Origin: a virus
Lineage: Duplodnaviria; Caudoviricetes
DNA length: 59,586 nt
Direction: 5' to 3' (one strand)
Virus record (IMG/VR): IMGVR_UViG_3300026536_000001
Location: 1-59,586 of that record
Shown here: positions 9,938 to 20,689 of the stretch, in pieces
How the letters are laid out: each line of letters begins with the position of its first letter
Position numbering within the stretch: the first letter of the stretch is position 1
Notes under the pieces: model-generated
What the model was told of the DNA's origin: nothing
What the model saw: the letters and a program-made list of their open reading frames with translations, nothing else
The model's database searches: none
Made by a program: the position numbers and the translations under genes

Positions 9938-10684
9938 TTAGTAGCCTTCTTTTCTCAGAAAAATATCCACAGCTTCAAGAACAAGAGCGTTGCGAGGGGA
10001 GACATAAATTCCGCCGAAGGTGTCGCAGACGTAACGTCCCAGACGCACCGACAAGTCTAGCGGCATCTCGACACGGAAATGAACCCGCGGATTCCGGTTT
10101 TGTCTCCACTTGAGGGTGGCTTGTGCGGGCTTGACCGGCGCATGCAATAGTGCCGTCCTCTCGATACTCCCGGTCTGCGGACTGAGCAGGAAGAACTTCT
10201 TCGCCTTTTTCGCCGCGTCTCCGGGAAAGAGCATTTCGATCCGTTCGTCCAGCGCATCGCGGCGGGCATCGTGGCCGCTATTGGGGGAGTGTTTCCGCGG
10301 CGGCTTATCTTCTTCCACGTTGTCCTTTGTGCGGTCGATTTGATGAACCCCGTCCTCATCCACAGCGACATCCACTTTGCGGCGGACGGCGGCTTCCATG
10401 TCGATGGACTTGACGAAATGCTGGTAGGCTTTTTGAATCGCTTCTTTTCGCCGTTTGTGCTCGAACTTCCGTTGTCGGCTCCGCATGAGGTGCTGCCGCT
10501 CCGCTATAGTGCCGACGCGGTGCTGCGTTAATTTCAAACCGTCGGGCTCGCGCGCCGGTTGACGGGATTTGGCCGGTAGGGGCTCCGGGTCACTACTGGG
10601 AATGGGATGGCATGGGCACCCGCACCCGGAACAGTGCTCGTGTTGCTGCAACCCGCATGCCGGACTGATGTAGACGTTATCCAT
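9938..10684 (-). CDS. hypothetical protein with Cys/His N-terminus and RHH-like C-terminus
   Basis: likely start MDNVYISPAC; CGLQQHEHCSGCGCPCH. Confidence 0.55.
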   Translation of the reverse strand: MDNVYISPACGLQQHEHCSGCGCPCHPIPSSDPEPLPAKSRQPAREPDGLKLTQHRVGTIAERQHLMRSRQRKFEHKRRKEAIQKAYQHFVKSIDMEAAVRRKVDVAVDEDGVHQIDRTKDNVEEDKPPRKHSPNSGHDARRDALDERIEMLFPGDAAKKAKKFFLLSPQTGSIERTALLHAPVKPAQATLKWRQNRNPRVHFRVEMPLDLSVRLGRYVCDTFGGIYVSPRNALVLEAVDIFLRKEGY

Positions 10685-11068
10685 TGTGCTGCCTTGTCCG
10701 GTAACAGGCTTGCCGGATATAGAGCGGGACTCTCCGTAGTGCGATGCGCCTGTCGGCGACCGGCCCCTCCGCGGGCATGACACTGGCGCGTGGCCGCTTC
10801 GAGTCCCGCCGCGGATACTCCAGGATGAACGTCAGCCGTGTCCGGATATCGGTAATCATGAATATATTTTCCATTGTGCAGCTCCTCGGCTTTATCTTTC
10901 AGTGCGGAAACACGGAATCGCCGTGATCTCTCTCCGGATAGTGCCGCTCGGCACAGCTCCAGTGCATGGGACCAGTCTTGGTCATCTCGGCCTCGGTCTC
11001 CGGTAATCTGTATCCACATCCGGCGCAGATCACTTCCGCTTTGTCTTCGTCCGTTTCACCCATGTCCT

Positions 11069-11314
11069 TTACCTGCGATCTTCCACCTTCCAGAAGTCCC
11101 AGGCTTCCCTAGCGACTCTGCGGAATCGATTCTCCTGGCTGCCCGCTTGGTAGATGGACGGATGGTCGGTGTCGATCAGGAATTGGGCGAACCCCGCTTT
11201 ATCTCGGGCACTCATACAATGGAACCAGACCCACCGGACGGCTTGATCGAAGCTCTCGTGTTTGCGGTCCAGCACCGCTTGGATATGTTTGTTCATCCCT
11301 TGCGCTGTTTTCAT
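11069..11314 (-). CDS. hypothetical protein
   Basis: SD AGGAGG upstream. Confidence 0.6.
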   Translation of the reverse strand: MKTAQGMNKHIQAVLDRKHESFDQAVRWVWFHCMSARDKAGFAQFLIDTDHPSIYQAGSQENRFRRVAREAWDFWKVEDRR

Positions 11315-11318
11315 AAAC

Positions 11319-11558
11319 TCAACCCTCCTGAACCGGATAGAGCGTCAGCTTCCGCTGTTCGATCTTCCGTGTCCGTTCGTCCGTCCACGTCTTGACTAAA
11401 TTCACTATCCATCCGGCCACCGGTATTCCCCGCTCTTTGGGCCAGCGGTAGAACCCCAACATGTGCGGTCCCAGCTCCAATACGACCGATACGGACAGGA
11501 ACCCATTTTCCTGGCCATAGTGCAGCCGGTTTGCCGATAGCGATAGTGCGACTCTCAT
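11319..11558 (-). CDS. hypothetical protein
   Basis: SD GAGGAGG upstream. Confidence 0.6.
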   Translation of the reverse strand: MRVALSLSANRLHYGQENGFLSVSVVLELGPHMLGFYRWPKERGIPVAGWIVNLVKTWTDERTRKIEQRKLTLYPVQEG

Positions 11559-11591
11559 CGGTCCTCCTCAGTTTGTGGTAAAATTCAATTC

Positions 11592-12104
11592 ATGACAAAC
11601 AAAAAAGTATGTGCGCGTTGCTTGAAGAAGAAGCCTTTGGATCAGTTCAAAGTGCGAAAGGGCGGACGGCAGAGCGGGCGATTGGAGAGTTACTGCCATC
11701 CCTGCTATCGCGCCTATTTCCAAGAGTACAACGCTAAGCGGTTTGCCAGCGCAGAGGCCTATCAGCAAGAGCTGGTTCGCACGCGCGAGCGGTATCACCG
11801 GCTTTTCAAGCTCGGGCGAATGGAGCGTAAACGGCAGTTGATCCTCGAAATGGGGGGCCGATGCGAGCGGTGCGGCTACAACCGCTCGGCTGCGGCTTTG
11901 GATTTTGACCACATCGACCCCACGACAAAGCTGCGGACTGTGAGTCATTTGCTGGCGGTAAACCGGCCGGGAATGTGGGAAGCTGCCCGGGAAGAGGCGC
12001 GTAAATGTCGGCTGCTGTGTTCCAACTGTCATCGCGAGTTGACCTATCCCGGGCATGAATTTTCCTTAGATCCTGACGAATTTTTCAGAACGCAATCTCA
12101 ATGA
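11592..12104 (+). CDS. HNH endonuclease, opposite orientation to neighbours
   Basis: CERCGY..LDFDHIDP..LLCSNCH. Confidence 0.85.
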   Translation: MTNKKVCARCLKKKPLDQFKVRKGGRQSGRLESYCHPCYRAYFQEYNAKRFASAEAYQQELVRTRERYHRLFKLGRMERKRQLILEMGGRCERCGYNRSAAALDFDHIDPTTKLRTVSHLLAVNRPGMWEAAREEARKCRLLCSNCHRELTYPGHEFSLDPDEFFRTQSQ

Positions 12105-13284
12105 GCTTCCCTGCGGCTCGATCGAGCTCCACACGTTTGTCCGCATTTGGGGCATCTTGGCTCATCCGGGTCACGCCCTGAGCCAGACCATACGCGGTAT
12201 ATGCCGGTCCATCTTCGTCCGGGTTGACCGCATCGTAGGCTTTCACGATATCCTGCCGGGTGAGAATCCGCAGATTGAACACGAAGTCGATAACCTCTTC
12301 TTTCGTCCTGCCTTTCAAGACGAACTTCTGTGCCTGTTCGATTTTCGCTTCGGCGTCAGATACGCTCGCGTTGGCGTATTTTGTCAGCTCGATCTCCAAA
12401 CCGTGAAAAGCACGTTCATCAGCTGTTCCGACGTGACGGAGGTTGATCTCTTTCACGTCCTCGGCACCGAATATGCAGTGATTGCCGCAAGCCCCTCTAA
12501 AATAAAAGGTTTGCACCCCAAACGTCTGCTTGCCGACTTCCGAATTCCAGACTAAGAATCCGCGGATGAGCCCGCCTTCGGTCCCGTCTCTCACCACTTT
12601 TTCCGGATGGACCAGGAAGGCGAACATATCCTCGAAACTCGCGTAAAGCCCGCTAGGACCGATCAAGTCCCCTTCCCTGACCGTTAGGCTCAGTTCGGCG
12701 TCGGAAGCTGTAGCACGGCGAACCTGGGCAGGATTTTGGGCATTCTGTGCGCTGTCTAGAACGGCAACCCGGCTATTCTGGAAAACCGGTTCTCTAGCGG
12801 CAACCGGCCTTCCCGGCGGCACCCTCCATCCATCGGCCTCGAACCCCAGCAGCCGGTAAACGATATCGCTATTCCAGATTCTCGTGTATTTATCACTGGT
12901 TATCGCTCTTGCTAGAAACCCCCCGTTCTGATGCAACAGCAACCTGGCACTAGCGTCCGGCCTCATGACCGCGGCTTCTTTCAGGCCATGGTTGAGATTT
13001 TGTGCGGCTAAGGTGGCTGGCAGCTTTCTCAGGTAGCTGGCCGGTGCCTCCGCCCTGGCCGCTAACTGTCCAAACGCCCAGTGTGTCAGTTGTGCGTTGT
13101 GATGTTCCCCCACAAGTTGAATATCGCCCTCTTTGGCTTCGACCCTTAGCTGGTTCAGGTTCGGTTTCGCCACTATTGCGGCTTCCCGGTGGGCTCTTGT
13201 GGCTTCATAGAGCTCTTGAATGGTCCAGAACCGTTCATCGGCTGGACGCTCGGACCACTGTTGACTGGCTTTCATGATCTGCAT
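12085..13284 (-). CDS. DUF932-like protein
   Basis: ASQQWSERPADERF, THWAFGQLA, WNSEVG, CGNH; start ATG 13284 with SD AAGGGG. Confidence 0.7.
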   Translation of the reverse strand: MQIMKASQQWSERPADERFWTIQELYEATRAHREAAIVAKPNLNQLRVEAKEGDIQLVGEHHNAQLTHWAFGQLAARAEAPASYLRKLPATLAAQNLNHGLKEAAVMRPDASARLLLHQNGGFLARAITSDKYTRIWNSDIVYRLLGFEADGWRVPPGRPVAAREPVFQNSRVAVLDSAQNAQNPAQVRRATASDAELSLTVREGDLIGPSGLYASFEDMFAFLVHPEKVVRDGTEGGLIRGFLVWNSEVGKQTFGVQTFYFRGACGNHCIFGAEDVKEINLRHVGTADERAFHGLEIELTKYANASVSDAEAKIEQAQKFVLKGRTKEEVIDFVFNLRILTRQDIVKAYDAVNPDEDGPAYTAYGLAQGVTRMSQDAPNADKRVELDRAAGKLIEIAF

Positions 13285-13357
13285 TGTGCTTAATCCCCTT
13301 TGTCCATCGGACCTTGAGGTTTGGTTTGTGCTACCTCGAATGTGACGGACTGTGGCT

Positions 13358-13385
13358 ATTATACGCTCATAGTGCATAATGTCAA
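13358..13385 (-). promoter_or_regulatory. consensus sigma70 promoter TTGACA-N16-TATAAT
   Basis: perfect hexamers upstream of the DUF932-like gene. Confidence 0.8.
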
Positions 13386-14500
13386 GTGCCTTGGTTTTGA
13401 AGTGCCATTACCCGGACTGCGAATGGTGCCTCGGGTTTGTGCGACCTGGCTTGACGACATGGACGATTCTATGCGACTTTTTACCGACATGAACTACGTT
13501 TGTAGTAGTGTATGTCGTTGATAATAAAGGACTTACTGTCACAGTCTGGACATCCGAAGACGCTAGGTTTCTACCGATCGGTAGGTCGTATAAAATCGTA
13601 TAAAATCGTATATCGTAGGCTGGAAAGCCCGCCGTTACAGAGAAACGAGTGACACGTTAGGTTTCTCAAGTCTGATGGTATTGGTTGCGGAAGTGTTATC
13701 GTGACACGATATTGTTGCAGATATCGTGATACGATATGTGTAGTGTGTTGGAGTGTTTTCGAGTCCGCTTTGAGTCCAGTTCGAGTCCGCTTTCGAGTGA
13801 GCTGTGAGTGACCTCTCCTGTCTGCAAGTCACTGATAAGGACTTCGAGTCCTAATCCTTTTGGGCTACTCCAAAAGACTGCTTGCAATTATATACTGGCA
13901 GCATATAAATTGAGAGTCCTATGGTTTCTCAGTCGGACGCGAGTGGAGTTAACGGTATGACACTGCTGCCGTCGTCCACGGATGAGACCAGGAAAGGCTG
14001 ACTCTATGCACAGTCTGGAGACCACCATTGCACTGAACAATGATTGCGATGGGACTTGCCGCGATATCATGCCCACACTTCAGGAGCTCGCTAAACCCAT
14101 CCACTTAGATAAAGACTTCAAAGTCATACCCGACTTCAAAGTCTCACCTACAGACAACCTGATCCCCACTGATGAGGAGCTCGCCGAACTTGAACTCCAG
14201 CGGCTCGAACGCGAGGGTTTACTCTGCCGACTCCCGCGGAACCAATCTGAACTTCAATCCCTGTATGAAACAGTCCGTATCCTTGCTGGTAAGTAGTCAT
14301 GTTGCGGAAACCACACTTTATCGACGCGCTCCACATCGGCGGCCCAATCGACCCCTATTATGACCCTTACTACAAAACCTGCTTTGAGTGCTCCTGCGGC
14401 TTCTCTACTCCACATTGCGATAGTTGGCAGGATGCCGGTAAGCACTTAGATGAGCACCTTGCTGTTAATGAAGTCCGATCGGTCGTGACTTAACGTTTGA

Positions 14501-14537
14501 TGACCTGGGCTCGCAGACTGGGCCCAGGTCACTTTTC
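14501..14537 (+). terminator. hairpin/terminator TGACCTGGGC...GCCCAGGTCA + CTTTT
   Basis: 10-bp inverted repeat followed by T-run. Confidence 0.5.
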
Positions 14538-14711
14538 AACCTTTGGAGGCTACTATGTCAACAATGATTCATTGGGACCGGGACAGACTCGAACGCTTCA
14601 AGTCCGTCTACGCGCTCTGTACCTCTCCTGATGCTGTATTCACGTTTGAAGGCAACCAATTCCTTTGCTCCTACGCGCGTTATCTAATCGAATACCTGGA
14701 AGGGAGATTCA

Positions 14712-14918
14712 ATGGCTAACCTGACATCGGCCGATACCGCAGACCTCGAACGTATGCTTGACAGCTCCAGTCTACATGAGGTCTTAGACACACTACGCTT
14801 GATCTGCCACGAGAAGGCAGACCACATACGCTCCAGCTGGCAAGATGAGCGTACCGCTAAAGTGTGGGATAGACGCGGACGATTGCTTTACAACATGCTG
14901 GCGCGGATTACGTTCTAA
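14712..14918 (+). CDS. small hypothetical protein
   Basis: SD GGGAG, 68 aa. Confidence 0.55.
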   Translation: MANLTSADTADLERMLDSSSLHEVLDTLRLICHEKADHIRSSWQDERTAKVWDRRGRLLYNMLARITF

Positions 14919-15678
14919 ACCCCACAGTCTGGCCACAGTCTCTCCTCTAGGGACTGTGGCTGTCCCCCACTCCCTGCCGCGTGCCTGTCCCTGCCCACCT
15001 CCCACCTTTGTCCAGGGGGGTAGCCAAGAGATGCGCGTGCTGGCTATGGATTCGTGAGTCTAAAAAATAACGAAAAATCGAAAATTAAAAATCGATCACG
15101 AAGAATAATTCAGGAATAATATTCAGGAAATATTCCGGACGTATTTGTTGTGCAGAGCGGCGGCTCGCGTGCGTCCTTCGCGAATGATGACGGGGCCATC
15201 CACGGACAGGTCGCCGCCGGTTGCCTCGCCGGAAGGCGTGGCGTCTTCCGCCTCAATTAGTGGAGGCGGGCCGTCCCTTTCCCCGCGCGCCGGAGGCGGG
15301 CCGTCCAGCAGTCCCAGCGTCAACATGGCCAGGATCGCGATATGCTGCTCAATCGAGTGCCGTAACAGATCGGCCGGATCTAAGGCGCGGCAGGCCTTGT
15401 CGAGTTCTTTGCTGGCCGCAAGGATATGGGGATAAGCGTATTTGCGGGCGTGTTCCATCCTTGAACCGTAGTACCAAGACCGCCGGTCTACCAGCGAAAA
15501 CGAGTGCCGTCCCACTGTCAACGATAATCGCTATCTTGACTTCTATCCGTCCGCGGAAGTCACGTAAATTTTCCTGGACATGTGCATGTCCCGACCCGAG
15601 AATGCCGCGAGGTTATTGAGATCAATGAATATCTTCAGTTTTCCGGCAACGCTCTTCAACAAAGGAAAGGATTCCATC

Positions 15679-15861
15679 ATGCAAGCATTCGTCAACAGTC
15701 TCATTCGTCATTCGGCCACCACTCTGGGAGGCGCGTTGGTCTCTCACGGCTATCTGGCTGCCGATCAAGCCCAACTCGGTATTGGCGCGTTGATCACCCT
15801 CGGTGCCGTCGCGTGGTCCATTTTCGACAAAGTGTCCACCTCCAAAGCCCTGTCCGCATGA
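15679..15861 (+). CDS. putative holin (two TM segments)
   Basis: MQAFVNSLIRHSATTLGGALV..GALITLGAVAWS; SD AAGGA. Confidence 0.65.
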   Translation: MQAFVNSLIRHSATTLGGALVSHGYLAADQAQLGIGALITLGAVAWSIFDKVSTSKALSA

Positions 15862-16130
15862 AACGCCGGGCCGGAGCCGCGGTGCTGGCCTTGGGCCTCG
15901 TTCTATCCGGGTGCTCGAAACGGATCGATGTCCAGTCCCCGCACCTGACCGTGACCGCCAGCGACCGCATCTCGGATGTGTTGAAGAGTGATCTTCCCGC
16001 CGCCGAGAAGGTTCAGGTCATCCACGATATATTGGATCGCGAACAGTCCAAAGGCCAGAACTGGACGAGTTCGTGGAAGGAAACTCTGGCTTGGCTATCG
16101 ACAGTCGCGACCCTCGCGATCCGGCACTGA
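15858..16130 (+). CDS. lipoprotein, possibly spanin-like
   Basis: signal peptide with lipobox LSGC; overlaps holin stop. Confidence 0.6.
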   Translation: MKRRAGAAVLALGLVLSGCSKRIDVQSPHLTVTASDRISDVLKSDLPAAEKVQVIHDILDREQSKGQNWTSSWKETLAWLSTVATLAIRH

Positions 16131-16156
16131 TCGTGGCTATTATCTGGGAGGCACGG

Positions 16157-16360
16157 ATGCCTTTAGAAGACTTTCAACCCACACCCATCGGTGTCGCGTT
16201 GGCGGCGATCATCGCTTGGTTTGCGAAACGATATGCCGCCACCGTCGATCGCGATGTCGCTAGGCTGGATGCGCGAATCGATCATCTCGAACAGCGTCTA
16301 TCCGAAAGCGAGTGCCTGGTCATCCGGAAGGTGAGTCATCATGCGGAAAGCAAAGTGTAG
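16157..16360 (+). CDS. small membrane protein with coiled coil (lysis cassette)
   Basis: SD GGAGG, one TM, heptad C-terminus. Confidence 0.55.
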   Translation: MPLEDFQPTPIGVALAAIIAWFAKRYAATVDRDVARLDARIDHLEQRLSESECLVIRKVSHHAESKV

Positions 16361-16572
16361 TCTTGCTGGACGGGTCGCCATCGGCTGCCTCCGGCTGATC
16401 TTGATCTTGATCCGGATGCGCCTGCGATAAGCTTTATACGGTATAGGTCCGGTGTTGGATTCCCCGCCCACGCCGCCGCCCAGGTGCCTGTCTTGGGGGC
16501 TTTCCCATAAAGGGAACGGCAGATCGTCGCGGACAACACTGCCGCAAGCCCCCACAGGTTCATTGAGTATGT

Positions 16573-16673
16573 ATCGACTTCGCCCCGATTCGCCTCACCT
16601 CGCGTCGTTTCTCGAATTCGTCTCGACTCGCCTCAGCCCGCCGCGCGGCGGCTCATTCCACCACTCGTCTTCA
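16573..16673 (-). ncRNA. YG-NNN guide cassette, 2 units
   Basis: handles 16573, 16611, 16664; one unit matches adjacent 16487-16507. Confidence 0.75.
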
Positions 16674-16966
16674 CGAAGGAGCACACTCGATTCTGTTTAC
16701 CGGAGCGCCTTTTTCCATGACTCCACCCGCTCTTTAGAAACCTCAATGGTGGTATGGTTGGTACGATTGTCTAGGCGTATCCAATAGCGCCTGCCATCAC
16801 CGGACCCCGTTTGATAGAGGGTTTGAACACCGGTTTTGAATATTCGTCTGGCCAATATCTGTCGCTGGATGGTTTCAACCATAGATCCACCATACCAGCA
16901 GGTAATACACCGCGGCCGCGATCAGGGCCACTCCGATCATGGTCAGCCACTTCTCCAACAGACGGC

Positions 16967-17236
16967 TCATTCCTCGACTCCCCCGAGGTGATTGTTGTGC
17001 CGGTCTATTGTTTCTTCGACCGGCTCCTGGGATCGATAGAGGGCGTCTTGAATCTTTCCGGCGTGTTCCCCGATCTCCTTCATCCGTACGATCACGATCT
17101 GGATCAGCCCCTCAATTGCCGATCCTGGCTTCACGGGATGCCTGCGGATGACACCAGGAAGGTGTTTGGCCGATACCTCCACCGCTTTGAGTGTGTCCGC
17201 TAAAGATTGAAGAGCGCTGCGGAACTGGTGATTCAC
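16967..17236 (-). CDS. hypothetical protein
   Basis: coupled ORF. Confidence 0.5.
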   Translation of the reverse strand: MNHQFRSALQSLADTLKAVEVSAKHLPGVIRRHPVKPGSAIEGLIQIVIVRMKEIGEHAGKIQDALYRSQEPVEETIDRHNNHLGGVEE

Positions 17237-17713
17237 GGGATTTCCAGCCTGATCAACTGTTCCAGGAGTTGAGTCGCCACTTCACGATCGCCGCGCGAGA
17301 CGATGGCCTGGAGTTGCTCCCGGAACAGATGGGCGTCATTGCGGCAACAGAGGAAACCGATACGGAACCAGAAGCTCCCGTCATCAGGAGCCTCCATGAC
17401 GGTACCGACGGCTTCCATGAGTGTAGCGTTCAGGATCGAATCCCTCAACTTGTCCAGATGATTCACGATATTTCCACCCATTCGATATGAAGTGCTTCCT
17501 CCACCCGGATATTGCGGATCAGCTCCCCCTTCCCCATCAACTCCCTCAATCCATCGGCCTGTTCCCGAACCGACTCCTGATCCTCGGCTTCTCTTACAGC
17601 CCTCGTCCACCACGCCTCCGGTATGACGCTGGCGGGAACGATCGGTTCTTCCCAGTGGAAGGCTTCGGGATGGGAGATCGGGTTGACATACTCGAAGACG
17701 ACGCGATATTTGG

Positions 17714-18109
17714 TCACACCGTCCTCGTTCGACTTACAGCAGGCGGATAAAGCCACGTCACTCCGTCAGGTTTCGATAAATCCATATCCAGATGAATAAA
17801 GCTGAAGCCAATACCAACCCTTCTGAAACCTAACGCGATGGCATTTTCGACGATCACAAATCTTGTGTGACTATCCCTCGCTGTGATGTCAACTGCAAGG
17901 CCGTTTTCGTGCGAGGAGGAATCGACTCCTCCGACTTCTCGATTGTGTTCGGGTGTGCGATATCCACTACTGATGAAGAGTGGAAAGCCGCATTTGGACC
18001 GCAGCTCGTCGAGGAGCTTTACGAAATCGAGATTCATCTTCGAGCCGCTTCCAGGCGCATCTGGACTTGAGAATTCATCCGGTTGGAAATAGCGTATGCC
18101 TTCCCACAT
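17714..18109 (-). CDS. peptidase M15A-family endolysin
   Basis: SSGYRTPEHN..SSHENGLAVDI..FIHLD. Confidence 0.9.
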   Translation of the reverse strand: MWEGIRYFQPDEFSSPDAPGSGSKMNLDFVKLLDELRSKCGFPLFISSGYRTPEHNREVGGVDSSSHENGLAVDITARDSHTRFVIVENAIALGFRRVGIGFSFIHLDMDLSKPDGVTWLYPPAVSRTRTV

Positions 18110-18164
18110 GCTGTCGATTCCTCCACCTTAGATTTGCCGGAGGCCGTTAGGGATTGGATAGATT

Positions 18165-18242
18165 CTCGGCTTCACCCCAGAACGGCTCGAAACGGCCCAC
18201 ATCGGCCCACATCGGCTCAGCGCGAAACGACCCTCGGCTTCA
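18165..18242 (-). ncRNA. YG-NNN guide cassette (1 unit, 12 triplets) matching endolysin
   Basis: decodes to GFRSMGMGFSFG vs resident GFRRVGIGFSFI. Confidence 0.85.
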
Positions 18243-18274
18243 TCCCGTCCGGCCTCCGGTAAAATTCGCTTCCT

Positions 18275-18303
18275 ATCCTAGCAAAAAATTGCTACGCTAG
18301 CAA
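18275..18303 (-). promoter_or_regulatory. putative promoter TTGCTA-N17-TAGGAT for guide and endolysin
   Basis: hexamer spacing 17 on minus strand. Confidence 0.45.
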
Positions 18304-18305
18304 GT

Positions 18306-18524
18306 ATGCCGTTGACCTCTCTAGCTTCGGCGGAGGAATCCGAGACGGGCGCGTTCTCACGTTTGAGCGTGGTCCTGCATCGTTGGCGTGCCATGAGCGA
18401 ACTCACCCTCAAGGAAGTCGCTGATGAGATTGGGATTTCCACCTCCACGCTATCGAGATTCGAGCGTGGAGAAATGCCGGATGGGGAAACTCTCCGGAAG
18501 ATATTGTTGTGGTTGATGGCGTAG
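18306..18524 (+). CDS. XRE-family HTH protein
   Basis: LTLKEVADEIGISTSTLSRFERG. Confidence 0.85.
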   Translation: MPLTSLASAEESETGAFSRLSVVLHRWRAMSELTLKEVADEIGISTSTLSRFERGEMPDGETLRKILLWLMA

Positions 18525-18549
18525 TATACTGCCGCTCTGAGGAGGACCT

Positions 18550-19041
18550 ATGCCTAAAGTTTCGTTGAGTTCTCAGACCGCCGAACGTGAACCGGAATCG
18601 AGCAAGACTGATCCGGAACCGCATCCCGAACCTCAACCCTCACCGTCTCCTACACCCGAAAAACGAACTGTTACCGACCCTTCCGCCGCTTTGGCCGAGC
18701 TCGGCAGGCATTTATCTCAAGCCCGCGATCCGGATGTGGCCGCGCTCCAGAGGGCGCGAGGCGAGAAGGGTTGGGTTCATCTTACGTTTAGTGGCTTCTC
18801 GCCAGATGATACCGGAGTCTCTTTGCACCGCCAGTTCGCTGGAAAGATTTCTGCTCGCCGCTCCGACGGTATCTTAGTCACAATATCGGTTCCCACCCGT
18901 CGCACCGGCGATCCCAGCCGTATCGGTGTCGATCTGGTGAGCGCCTTCCAGCGGTTGGAGGAATACCGAGTATGCGCGTGTACGCCGACAGTCCCTTGTA
19001 CAGCCCACGTTCAAGAGCGGATGGCTGCCGCGAGAGGATAA
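18550..19041 (+). CDS. hypothetical protein
   Basis: SD GAGGAGG. Confidence 0.65.
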   Translation: MPKVSLSSQTAEREPESSKTDPEPHPEPQPSPSPTPEKRTVTDPSAALAELGRHLSQARDPDVAALQRARGEKGWVHLTFSGFSPDDTGVSLHRQFAGKISARRSDGILVTISVPTRRTGDPSRIGVDLVSAFQRLEEYRVCACTPTVPCTAHVQERMAAARG

Positions 19042-19045
19042 ACGG

Positions 19046-19801
19046 ATGCCTCTTCCTGAATTTCAGGCGTATAACGACTTGAATGGCCGTGAATGTTTAG
19101 ATATATTGCACAGTCGCTTTTTCGACCTTATCACTTCCATTCCGGAATTCCAGGAACGTTTCGCCCTCAAACGGGTCTGTCTCCGCCTCGAACTGACCAT
19201 CGATATCTGGGGCTCCGGTAAGAAGATCCTGCACGACAAGTTCGAGCTCCAATCCACCGCACCGCCTCCCCCGGATTTCGTTCCTATTGAAGCGGCCCAC
19301 ACGCTCACTGCCGACGTGGACGCCCGCTCGAACCCTCCCGATTTGGTGAGAGAAGAGCATGGCCTTCCCATTCCCACAGCGATTCGAAACTCCTCCGGAT
19401 TTTTAGCGGACGAGCCGGTCCCCTCCACGGTTCCTCCCAAGTATCCTCCGGCTCCTCCCCCCGATAAGTCCAAACTCCCAGCCAACCTTCCGAATCCGAA
19501 CGCCCGCCAGTTGGGTAAACGCCGTTACGCCGCTTTCGTCGAGCAAGACTACGGCTCCTGGGTGACCGGCGACCGTTCCAAGAACGAACCCCCGATCGTC
19601 GGTGCCGAAAAGATCGCGCTGACCGGCGCGGGTTCCGATCACGCTCCGGTTCAGCCCGACTTCCGGGCGGCCGACTTCCGCGACTTACCGGAAGAGAAGG
19701 TCCGTTCCATCGTCGAGGATACCCTCTCCCGCGGGCAGAGGGTGGACGCGGACCTCTCCCGGCAGCAGCAACCTCTTCCCGATGAAGGAGGGACGGAATA
19801 A
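19046..19801 (+). CDS. hypothetical proline-rich protein
   Basis: operon continuity. Confidence 0.65.
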   Translation: MPLPEFQAYNDLNGRECLDILHSRFFDLITSIPEFQERFALKRVCLRLELTIDIWGSGKKILHDKFELQSTAPPPPDFVPIEAAHTLTADVDARSNPPDLVREEHGLPIPTAIRNSSGFLADEPVPSTVPPKYPPAPPPDKSKLPANLPNPNARQLGKRRYAAFVEQDYGSWVTGDRSKNEPPIVGAEKIALTGAGSDHAPVQPDFRAADFRDLPEEKVRSIVEDTLSRGQRVDADLSRQQQPLPDEGGTE

Positions 19802-20250
19802 TGGCGATTGAAGAGAAGCTGGACCGGGTGATCTCTCTTCTCGAACAACTGGTCAACCTGGAGGACTTGAAAGAGCGCCGTCTGGCCGAGCGTGTTGCCG
19901 AGAAGCTCAAGCCCCCGGCCGGACCTAACGACGTGCCTTCGGCCCGTGGGGGGCCTAACGGACGAGCCGCTGTCCCGAATGCAGCCTTGCGCCAGCCCGA
20001 AGCTGAACGTCCTCCGCTTCGCCGCCGTTCCACTCTCTCCGACCTCACTCTCGCCGATCCTATTGACCAGGAACGGGCTCGTGCCGCTTCCGTCCAGTTC
20101 GCGATCGACAACATGACCGTTCCCTGGTCGGAAGCGCATATGCGCGCGGTTCTTCAATACGAACAGATGTTGCGTGACGAGTATGGTGAGGAAGCGGTCT
20201 TGAACCTGCCGTGGAATAAATTGTCAAGGGGGCCGGATGCCACCCGATGA
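19801..20250 (+). CDS. hypothetical protein
   Basis: coupled ORF. Confidence 0.65.
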   Translation: MAIEEKLDRVISLLEQLVNLEDLKERRLAERVAEKLKPPAGPNDVPSARGGPNGRAAVPNAALRQPEAERPPLRRRSTLSDLTLADPIDQERARAASVQFAIDNMTVPWSEAHMRAVLQYEQMLRDEYGEEAVLNLPWNKLSRGPDATR

Positions 20251-20689
20251 TATCGGCTCCATTATCAGCGATATGAATAAGATCCTGGATAACTTGAAAG
20301 TACCCGCTTTGATGACCGTGAGCGAGTATCTCTTATCTATGGCGAAGCAACTGGAACGCGCGCAGAGGAATGACGATGTGGGCGAGTTCAAACGTCTGCT
20401 TCAGTCGGTTGAGAAGACTATCGCGGAGTTGTTGAAGTCCATCGATGGGGGAGAACCGGATGCCACACGCTGATCTCAGTCTCATTGTAAAAGACCTCCA
20501 GGAGTACGAACAGCAGCGCACTCAGATCGAAGTCTGCGGTATCTCCTCGGTCCAGCCCATCACCTGTATCGTTCTGAACGGCATCCCTCATTCCGGCGTG
20601 GCCACCCACGCCTGTACCAAGAGCCGCGATCACACGGGTCCAGAACTGTGCCAGTGCGCCTGCGGCTATAAGTGGCTGGGGAAGAAATA

